NCBI GenBank assembly: GCA_947628375.1 | Contig: CANQZQ010000002.1 | Span: forward strand, 1-42,024 | Direction of reading: 5' to 3' | Origin: an uncultured Bacilli bacterium | Lineage (GTDB): Bacteria > Bacillota_I > Bacilli_A > RF39 > UBA660 | Length of the DNA: 42,024 nt | Shown: piece by piece, positions 34,543 through 42,024 of the stretch | Layout of the letters: every line of letters begins with the position of its first letter | Position numbering within the stretch: the stretch's first letter is position 1 | Made by a program: the position numbers and the translations under genes | Notes under the pieces: generated by a model | What the model saw: only the letters and a program-made list of their open reading frames with translations | Database searches by the model: none | Told to the model about the DNA's origin: nothing

Positions 34543-36039
34543 ATGAAAAAAATATTAACTATCATTTTAGATGGTTTTGGTTTAAGAGATGAAGAGTATG
34601 GAAATGCAATTCATGCTGCCCAAATGAAAACATTTAATAAACTATGGGAAGAATACCCTCATTCAACACTTACAGCTAGTGAAGAAGCAGTTGGTCTTAA
34701 AAAAGGACAATTTGGTAATAGTGAGACAGGCCATTTAACGATTGGGGCTGGGAGGCTTATTAAACAAAATGAAACTTTAGTTGATGATTTTTTAAATAGT
34801 AATGTTTTAGAAAATGAAAAATTTCAAGAATTATTAAATAATAAAGATAAAGATATTCATCTAATGGGCTTATGTAGTGATGGTAATGTTCATGCGGGAA
34901 TAGATGATTTTCTTAAATTATATCAAATTCTTGTTAAAAATGATTTTCATAAAATTCATTTTCATCTTATTACTGATGGAAGAGATACAGGTATCCATGA
35001 TGCTTATAAATATATTTTCCAAATAGAAAATGAAATAAAGAAAAATAAAATTGGTGATATTGCAACTATATGTGGAAGATATTATGCCATGGATCGTGAT
35101 AAAAATTATGACCGGACTAAAGTTTATTATGATTTAATAACTAAAGGAAAAGGGGAAGATGTAAATAATATTAAAGATGCTATTTATAGTTTGTATGAAA
35201 AAAATATTACGGATGAATTTTTAAAACCTTTAGTAGTATCTCATGCATCTTTGATTAAAAATGGTGATATCTTAATTTGGATGAACTATCGAGCTGATCG
35301 AGCAAAGCAAATTTTATCTTCTTTGATATTACCTGATTTTAATGAGTTTAGTCGTCCATATTTAGATAATTTATCTGTTTATAGTTTCTTACCTATTGAT
35401 AAAAATATTCCAACCAATAATTTTATTTTAGAACCAATTATCAATAATCCCTTAGGGTTGTACTTAGAAAAATTAGAATTTACCCAAGCAAGAATTGCTG
35501 AAACTGAGAAATTTCCTCATGTAACATATTTTTTTGATGGCGGATATAATGGTAAAATTAGTAAATGTAATGAATTTTTAATTCCTTCTCCAAAGGTTGC
35601 CACATATGATTTAAAACCAGAAATGAGCGCTGTCGAAATAACGAAAAAATGTATTGAATGTATGGTTCAAGATTATGATTTTATTTTAATGAATTTTGCT
35701 AATCCAGATATGGTTGGTCACACTGGTAATTTTGAAGCTACAGTTAAAGCGTGTATGGCTGTTGATTTATGTCTAGATAAAATTATTGAGAAAGCTAATG
35801 AAAATTTTTATAAAGTTATCATTCTTGCTGATCATGGTAATGCTGATATTATGCTTGATGAAAATGGCAATAAAGTTACAACTCATACTTTGAGTAAAGT
35901 TCCTTTTATTATTTTAGATAAAAGTGTTAAATTAAAAGAGCATGGTGATTTAACAATGGTTGCTCCAACCATCTTAGAATATATGGATATTGCTGTCCCA
36001 GAAGAAATGAAAGATACGGAAATATTATTAAAAAGATAG
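34543..36039 (+). CDS. gpmI: 2,3-bisphosphoglycerate-independent phosphoglycerate mutase
   Basis: ILDGFG, GNSETGHLTIGAGR (catalytic Ser), ITDGRDT, NFANPDMVGHTG, LADHGNAD. The ATG at 34543 follows an AAGGTGA RBS. Confidence 0.95.
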   Translation: MKKILTIILDGFGLRDEEYGNAIHAAQMKTFNKLWEEYPHSTLTASEEAVGLKKGQFGNSETGHLTIGAGRLIKQNETLVDDFLNSNVLENEKFQELLNNKDKDIHLMGLCSDGNVHAGIDDFLKLYQILVKNDFHKIHFHLITDGRDTGIHDAYKYIFQIENEIKKNKIGDIATICGRYYAMDRDKNYDRTKVYYDLITKGKGEDVNNIKDAIYSLYEKNITDEFLKPLVVSHASLIKNGDILIWMNYRADRAKQILSSLILPDFNEFSRPYLDNLSVYSFLPIDKNIPTNNFILEPIINNPLGLYLEKLEFTQARIAETEKFPHVTYFFDGGYNGKISKCNEFLIPSPKVATYDLKPEMSAVEITKKCIECMVQDYDFILMNFANPDMVGHTGNFEATVKACMAVDLCLDKIIEKANENFYKVIILADHGNADIMLDENGNKVTTHTLSKVPFIILDKSVKLKEHGDLTMVAPTILEYMDIAVPEEMKDTEILLKR

Positions 36040-36048
36040 GAAGTATAT

Positions 36049-36930
36049 ATGAAAAGAAAAAGAAAAAAATTAATTTTAATAATAGTCATATTATTAGTAC
36101 TTTCAATAATATGTTTTAGTAGTGTAATCTATTTGAACAAAAGAAAGGAACCAAATGATAATATGAATAATAATCCAACTAAAGATAATGAATCAATTGA
36201 TAATATTGATCCCTTAGAAGTTGCCCTTCGTAATGAAACTTATTTTCTAGAAAGAAATTTATCAAGATATTTAAGTTATGCTAAAGAAAATCCTGATATC
36301 GAAACTAAAGAGATTATTACCCGTGTTAATACTAATCTTGATTATGCTTTTTATACTCATGATATAGATAGTAATTTAGATGATGATTTATTAATAATTG
36401 TAAATAAATATCATAAACTACCTAGTGACTATGAACCAGAATTAGTTGAAATGGATAGTAAATATGTTAACTGGGGAAAAAGATATATGCATCCAACTGC
36501 TTATGAACATTTAGTTGAAATGATTGAAGATGCTTCTAAAGAAGGAATAAGATTATTTAGTGTCTCTCCATATCGTAGCTATAATACTCAAAAAAGCTTA
36601 TATAATAATTATGTTGCTTCGCATGGTCAAGAAGAAGCTGATACTTTTTCTGCTCGACCTGGTTATTCTGAACATCAAACGGGCTTAGCTGTTGATTTAA
36701 ATACGACCGATGAAAATGCGCATTTTGAAAATACTAAAGAAGGTAAATGGTTACAAGAAAATGCTTATAAATATGGTTTTATTTTAAGATACCCTCAAGA
36801 TAAAGAATATATTACTGGTTATATTTTTGAACCATGGCATTATCGTTATGTTGGCACAGAAGTTGCCTCTTATATAAATGAACATCAAATTACATACGAT
36901 GAATACTATGCTTTCTTTATAGAAAAATAG
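36049..36930 (+). CDS. VanY/M15B-type D-alanyl-D-alanine carboxypeptidase, membrane-anchored
   Basis: N-terminal TM helix; SPYRSYNTQ, SEHQTGLAVD, EPWHYRYVG motifs. Confidence 0.85.
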   Translation: MKRKRKKLILIIVILLVLSIICFSSVIYLNKRKEPNDNMNNNPTKDNESIDNIDPLEVALRNETYFLERNLSRYLSYAKENPDIETKEIITRVNTNLDYAFYTHDIDSNLDDDLLIIVNKYHKLPSDYEPELVEMDSKYVNWGKRYMHPTAYEHLVEMIEDASKEGIRLFSVSPYRSYNTQKSLYNNYVASHGQEEADTFSARPGYSEHQTGLAVDLNTTDENAHFENTKEGKWLQENAYKYGFILRYPQDKEYITGYIFEPWHYRYVGTEVASYINEHQITYDEYYAFFIEK

Positions 36931-36946
36931 ATAAGGAGTTATAAAA

Positions 36947-38326
36947 GTGAATGAGAGTTATAATTTAAATAATAAAGAGAAAAATGGTTTTAAAATTCCC
37001 CTTATTATTGTCGCTATATTAATTGTGTTATTAATAAGTGTTGGAGTAATTACTTTTTTAAATAAAAAAAGAGATAATAGCCCAGAAAACATATATTATA
37101 CAATAATTGATCGAATGGAAGGCAAAATAGCTAACATTGTATCTGAAAATAGTAAAATATTTACTAAATTAGCATCCTATTCTGGTAATATTAAGGTTAG
37201 TTATGAAACTAGTAATGATGATTTAAAAAATATAGCTAATATACTAAATAATTTAGATATATCATTTACTAATGAAATTGATTATCAAAATAAAATTAAT
37301 AATTCCTTAATTAGTCTTAATTATCAAAATAAAAAAATAGGTGATTTTAACTTGTTGTTAAAAGATAGCGATGTTTATTTTGGCCTAGGTTCTATATATA
37401 ATAAACCTATAAAATTAGTTAATGAAAATTATAATGAAATTTGGAGTTTAAATTATACTAATGATTTAAAAATAATAATTAGTGAACTTGCTAAAATATT
37501 TAAAAATAATTTAAAAGAAGAATATTTTCAAAAAGAAAGCACTACTTTAGAAATAAATAAGAAAAAAATACCATCTACTAACTATATTATGAAAATACCT
37601 AAAGATGAATTAAATAATATGCAAAAAAATATTTTTGATAGTCTTTTAAATAATTCTAAAATTATTTCATCTTTATCCCATATATATAATTTAGATGAGA
37701 CTAGCCTTAAAGAAGAATTAAATAGTTACAAATTAGAAGATTTTAAAGATGATTTAGAAATAAATACTTATATAGATAAAAATGAACGTCTTTTAAAAAT
37801 GCTTATTAAATTGAAAAAAACTTTAATAATTGAAAAAATTAACAATAATACCTATCAAATTACTAAAGAAGTAGAGGGAGTAAAAAGTAATTTAGGATCT
37901 GTTACTATTAATGGGACAATCTATAACTTTAATTTAGAAAATGAAGGAGTTAAATTAGAAGGTAGCCTTATTAATAAAAGTAATAGATATGATTTTGATA
38001 TTACCATGACAATAGATGATAGTATATATAATGTAAGTTACCAAACTAAAAATAATAATGGTGAAATTACTATAAAAATTGAAGATAATACTACTAATTT
38101 TAGTTTAAGTATTAGTTATACTTTAGATAATATTTCTAATATTAATGAGTTTGATACAAGTAACTATATTGATATCAATATGATAACTAGTGAAGATATA
38201 GGAAGTATTGTAACTAATCTTTTAAATAATGAAGGTTTTAAATTATTAAGTGAAGATTTAAATTTATTATCATTTGAAAATTTATTTGATACATCTTTTG
38301 GTAGTGGGACAGAAGAATTAATATAA
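36947..38326 (+). CDS. Hypothetical N-terminally anchored Asn/Ile-rich protein (459 aa)
   Basis: GTG start after an AAGGAG RBS, one TM helix, no recognisable motif. A terminator follows at 38325-38348. Confidence 0.5.
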   Translation: MNESYNLNNKEKNGFKIPLIIVAILIVLLISVGVITFLNKKRDNSPENIYYTIIDRMEGKIANIVSENSKIFTKLASYSGNIKVSYETSNDDLKNIANILNNLDISFTNEIDYQNKINNSLISLNYQNKKIGDFNLLLKDSDVYFGLGSIYNKPIKLVNENYNEIWSLNYTNDLKIIISELAKIFKNNLKEEYFQKESTTLEINKKKIPSTNYIMKIPKDELNNMQKNIFDSLLNNSKIISSLSHIYNLDETSLKEELNSYKLEDFKDDLEINTYIDKNERLLKMLIKLKKTLIIEKINNNTYQITKEVEGVKSNLGSVTINGTIYNFNLENEGVKLEGSLINKSNRYDFDITMTIDDSIYNVSYQTKNNNGEITIKIEDNTTNFSLSISYTLDNISNINEFDTSNYIDINMITSEDIGSIVTNLLNNEGFKLLSEDLNLLSFENLFDTSFGSGTEELI

Positions 38327-38412
38327 AAGGCCATTGTGTGCCTTTTTTAGTATATTTGCATAAAAAATAGATAGTGATATAATTAACTAATAAAAAGAAG
38401 GAGATTTAAACT

Positions 38413-41088
38413 ATGAATGATCAATTTCAAAAATTACGTCTTCAATATCCAGATTTTATATATGATAAATATGAATATGATTTAGTAGATGATTTATTAA
38501 CAATTAAGTATTATTTTAGCATTCCTAATTTAACTACTTTTAATCCTCTTATAAGTTTAAAAGTACCTCATAATATTTCCCTAAATGATAGTTATTTAAA
38601 AAATTTAATTTTTCATTTAGGATTAATTGAAATTATTAGTTATATAAAATGTACTTGTAGTCCTAATATTATAATTAAAGCTGGTTTTTTAGATACTGAA
38701 CAAATAAAATGGTTTCAAAAACTTTATTATAATGGATTAGGGGAATTTTTATATCGTAATGAAATAACAATTAAAGAAGAAGATTTATTTAATTTTAAAA
38801 TAGAAGGGCAAAAAATAGAGTTAGAACCTATAAATTATATAACAAGTGGTAATCTAATTCCCGTTGGAGGAGGTAAAGACTCCGCTGTTGTCCTAGAAAT
38901 GTTAAAAAATGAAAAAGATAATACAGCCTTTATATTAAACCCTAAAAAAGCTAATTTAGCCTGTATTAAAGAAGCTAATGTGGAATGTATAATAGCCAAA
39001 AGAATCATTGATCCTAACTTAATAAAATTAAATAATGAAGGCTTTTTAAATGGTCATACTCCTTTTAGTGCTCTTTTATCTTTTGTTTCATTTTTAGTAT
39101 CTTACATATATCATAAAAAATATATTATATTAGCTAATGAAGCAAGTGCCAATGAAGAAACCGTCTTAAATTCGCATATTAATCATCAATATTCTAAATC
39201 TTATGAATATGAAAATGATTTTAATAATTATATGACCAAATACTTTCACCTAGATATTCATTATTTTAGTCTTTTAAGGCCTCTAAATGAATACCAAATT
39301 GCTTATTTATTTTCCCATTATGAGAAATATCATCCCATTTTCAAAAGTTGTAATGTTGGTAGTAAAGATGATTCATGGCCTTGGTGTTGTAATTGTCCTA
39401 AATGCCTATTTGTGTATATTATTTTAAGCCCTTTTATGGATAAAGATAAATTAATAGATATATTTAAAGAAGATTTATATGAAAGAAAAGACTTACTACC
39501 TATCTTTTTAGAATTATCAGGTTATGCTTTAACTAAACCTTTTGAATGTGTTGGTACTTATCATGAAGTTAGATGTGCTATAAGTAAAGTAATTAAAAAA
39601 TTAGATAAATTACCATATTTACTAGAGTATTTTAAAGATCATTATCCTTTAGAAGATGACTGTGATTTAATTAATAATTATAATCATGAAAATAATTTAC
39701 CAGCCTATTTTGCGGACATTATAAAAAAGGAGATGCAAAATATGATAAATGATTTAGTGGATTTTTTAAAAGATAAAAAAATAGCTATTTTAGGAATGGG
39801 TCGAGAAGGCATATCAACATATAAATTCATAAGAAAAAATTTACCCAATCAATTTTTAACTTTAATAGATCAAAATAATATTAAAGAAAATCCCTTATAT
39901 AAAGATGATCATAATCTTTCTTTTATAATTCAAGATAATTATTTAAATAATTTAAATCAATTTGATTTAATTATTAAAACTCCGGGCATCTCATTTAAAG
40001 ACATTGATATTAGTAAAATAAAAGATAAAATTACTTCCGAGTTAGAGTTAATATTAAAATTTAATAGAGAAAATGTTATAGGTATTACTGGTACTAAAGG
40101 TAAAAGTACTACTTCATCATTATTATATAAAGTTTTAAAAGAAAATAAAAAAGATGTTTTTCTTTTAGGAAATATTGGTAAACCTATCTTTGATGAAATA
40201 GAAAATATTAAAGATGATTCCCTTTTAGTTATTGAAATGTCTAGTCATCAATTAGAATTTGTTAATCACTCTCCGCATATAGCCATTATCTTAAATTTAT
40301 TTCAAGATCATTTAGATCATGCTGGGAGTATTGAAAATTATCATCAAAGTAAATTAAATATTTTTAAATATCAAACTAAAGATGATTATGCTATCTATGC
40401 TTCTGATAATGATTACTTAAAAGAATATATGAATAATGATATTTATAAAGCTAAAAAATATAAATTTCAAGAAGAAGAGACTGCTAATATAAATACTTTA
40501 TATATTAAAGATCACTATATTTATTTAGGTAATGAAAAATTATATGATATCAATGAAGAACGTCATCTTTTAGGTATCCATAATTTAAAAAATATTATGG
40601 CTGTTTTAATAGTTGCCAAAATACTTAATTTAGATATGAATTTAACAAAGAACGCTATTAATAATTTTAGTCCCCTTCCATATCGGATGGAATATGTTGG
40701 TAAGTATGATGATATTCATTTTTATTGTGATACCATTGCCACAATTCCTGAAGCCACTATTTCAGCTTTAGAGAGTTTAAAAGATATAAAAACTCTTATT
40801 ATTGGGGGAGAAGATCGGCATATTGATTATACAAAATTAATTGAATATTTAAAAAATAGTCAAATAGATAATTTAATATGTATGCCAACTACTGGTTTTA
40901 TGATTGGCAAATTAATTATCAATAAAAACGTTTATTTTGTTAATACTTTAAAAGAAGCAGTAGATATAAGTAAAGAGGTAACTCCGAAAAATACTGGGTG
41001 TTTACTAAGCCCTGCGGCAGCTAGTTATGAATTTTATAAAAACTTTGAAGAAAAAGGCGACGAATTTAAAAAATTAATAAAAAATTAG
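38413..41088 (+). CDS. murD: Fusion protein: N-terminal PP-loop-like / Cys-cluster domain (~440 aa) plus a complete MurD-type UDP-N-acetylmuramoyl-L-alanine--glutamate ligase
   Basis: C-terminal half: KKIAILGMGREGIST, GITGTKGKSTTSSLL, EMSSHQLE, and NLFQDHLDH fit a Mur ligase with MurD layout. N-terminal half: PVGGGKDSAV (38866-38883), HTPFSAL, SCNVGSKDDSWPWCCNCPKCLF. Internal AAGGAG at 39727-39732 lies 9 nt before the in-frame ATG at 39742. Confidence 0.75.
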   Translation: MNDQFQKLRLQYPDFIYDKYEYDLVDDLLTIKYYFSIPNLTTFNPLISLKVPHNISLNDSYLKNLIFHLGLIEIISYIKCTCSPNIIIKAGFLDTEQIKWFQKLYYNGLGEFLYRNEITIKEEDLFNFKIEGQKIELEPINYITSGNLIPVGGGKDSAVVLEMLKNEKDNTAFILNPKKANLACIKEANVECIIAKRIIDPNLIKLNNEGFLNGHTPFSALLSFVSFLVSYIYHKKYIILANEASANEETVLNSHINHQYSKSYEYENDFNNYMTKYFHLDIHYFSLLRPLNEYQIAYLFSHYEKYHPIFKSCNVGSKDDSWPWCCNCPKCLFVYIILSPFMDKDKLIDIFKEDLYERKDLLPIFLELSGYALTKPFECVGTYHEVRCAISKVIKKLDKLPYLLEYFKDHYPLEDDCDLINNYNHENNLPAYFADIIKKEMQNMINDLVDFLKDKKIAILGMGREGISTYKFIRKNLPNQFLTLIDQNNIKENPLYKDDHNLSFIIQDNYLNNLNQFDLIIKTPGISFKDIDISKIKDKITSELELILKFNRENVIGITGTKGKSTTSSLLYKVLKENKKDVFLLGNIGKPIFDEIENIKDDSLLVIEMSSHQLEFVNHSPHIAIILNLFQDHLDHAGSIENYHQSKLNIFKYQTKDDYAIYASDNDYLKEYMNNDIYKAKKYKFQEEETANINTLYIKDHYIYLGNEKLYDINEERHLLGIHNLKNIMAVLIVAKILNLDMNLTKNAINNFSPLPYRMEYVGKYDDIHFYCDTIATIPEATISALESLKDIKTLIIGGEDRHIDYTKLIEYLKNSQIDNLICMPTTGFMIGKLIINKNVYFVNTLKEAVDISKEVTPKNTGCLLSPAAASYEFYKNFEEKGDEFKKLIKN

Positions 41089-41153
41089 ATAGATTTTAAA
41101 ATGAATATATGAGAAAATAAAAATAATGAATTCCCTATAATGGAGTTGATAAT

Positions 41154-42024
41154 ATGAAGAAAAAAAATTTAATTTTAATTTTAGGATTAATAACCTTTTT
41201 AATTAATACTAAAGTTAGTTTTGCTTATACATGTCGGTATAATAGTGCAAATACTACTCAAAAAAAGGGATGTGGCGAATTTACTATTAATATTGAAAAA
41301 ATTAATACAAGTGTCGATGTCTTATCAACATATAAAAATAATATTAAGTTTGCTAATGGTGGTATGTTAATTAATGAATTTACGGTTTCAGATGGTTGGA
41401 AAAGTTTAGCTAGAGGAGAATTAAATGGTGAATGTCCAGAATTATATTCAAAATTAAATGCTTATGGTAATGGCAAATATTGTGATATTCATTTTGGCTT
41501 TGGTGATTGGGATTATACCATGTATGATGATTATATTTTTGAATATGGAACCAATGTTGAAGATCCACTAGAACCAACTCCTTTAGTACCAGATGAATTT
41601 GCTAATGAATTATATTGGACTTTTGGAATAGAAGGGCATGAATATGCTGATGCTGGTTCATGTATTATTGGTGAACCAAGATATGTATATGTAGAAGCTA
41701 TAAAAAGAAAAATTATTGCTTGCGTAAGTACTTCATCAAATGCTACTCCTTCTGTAAGTGACGATAATCCTTCAATTACATGCGGTTATGCCCAATACCA
41801 TGATACATATAGGGCCACTACAGTAGATGGCAAAATAACTAAGAGTGATAATAGTCCTAAATTTTATGCTGGTGTTTGTTATGATGCCGTCCATGTTTCT
41901 CCAGGTAATTCTAATCCTACTAAACCAGAGACTCAAACTCCTGATCCATATGAAAATAAGCTTAATTATAATAGTTTATGTGCAAATGGCGATTTTAGGA
42001 AAGTAGCCCGTATTTTAGGAATAG
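41154..42024 (+). CDS. Secreted Cys-containing protein, 3'-truncated by the window edge (not in the ORF track)
   Basis: TGGAG RBS and signal peptide MKKKNLILILGLITFLINTKVSFA. I translated 290 codons to the window end without a stop. There are 9 Cys, and a PTKPETQTPDP linker lies near the end. Confidence 0.7.
   Translation, partial: MKKKNLILILGLITFLINTKVSFAYTCRYNSANTTQKKGCGEFTINIEKINTSVDVLSTYKNNIKFANGGMLINEFTVSDGWKSLARGELNGECPELYSKLNAYGNGKYCDIHFGFGDWDYTMYDDYIFEYGTNVEDPLEPTPLVPDEFANELYWTFGIEGHEYADAGSCIIGEPRYVYVEAIKRKIIACVSTSSNATPSVSDDNPSITCGYAQYHDTYRATTVDGKITKSDNSPKFYAGVCYDAVHVSPGNSNPTKPETQTPDPYENKLNYNSLCANGDFRKVARILGI

Noticed and set aside
1-42024. Alternative genetic code (TGA = Trp), considered because of the very low GC
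   Set aside because: TGA ends dnaB (5158-5160) and the MBL gene at positions where the proteins have normal C-termini and the next gene starts. Conserved Trp residues are TGG.
1-42024. CRISPR arrays, tRNA/rRNA genes, integrases or IS transposases
   Set aside because: I saw no regularly spaced direct repeats, no GC-rich structured segments of tRNA/rRNA type, and no ORF with integrase or DDE motifs. The Rpn-like gene is the only transposase-related candidate.

Overview
A 42-kb, extremely AT-rich chromosomal segment from an endospore-forming Firmicute. It uses the standard code: TGA terminates dnaB and the MBL gene, and Trp is TGG. The backbone is housekeeping and sporulation genes, almost all on the + strand with tight or overlapping junctions. 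In order: rplI-dnaB, an M23/LysM peptidase, a yycJ-like MBL hydrolase, rlmH, ung, a T-box-controlled HAD-dut-metG operon, tatD, a yabE-like 3D protein, rsmA, yabG, veg, spoVG, yabP, yabQ, divIC, clpP (minus strand), a TGS/uridine-kinase-like protein, gap, pgk, spo0A, gpmI, a VanY-type peptidase and a murD fusion gene. I saw no rRNA, tRNA, CRISPR array, integrase or classical transposase.

Accessory material is wedged into this backbone. The most interesting item is a two-gene module present twice, at 10787-12961 and 25151-27986. Each copy has a minus-strand XRE repressor and a divergent near-consensus promoter wrapped in copy-specific inverted repeats. These drive a + strand gene for an N-terminally anchored protein. 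The two proteins share a nearly identical head and an Ig-like/FN3-like stalk of about 415 aa. Their C-terminal tips are completely unrelated and locally GC-rich. Homology resumes 7 nt after each stop codon in a ~70-nt 3' element whose terminator stem carries a compensatory base-pair change. Copy B splits gap from pgk. I do not recognise this module as a described system.

Other notable points:
- An 891-aa fusion of a PP-loop-like, Cys-cluster domain to a complete MurD, with an intact internal Shine-Dalgarno site.
- A dispersed glycolytic operon with no tpiA or eno in the window and with spo0A embedded in it.
- A strong A-ending codon bias confined to three accessory segments.
- Two small repeat families in intergenic regions.
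- A first ORF that is open to the window edge.
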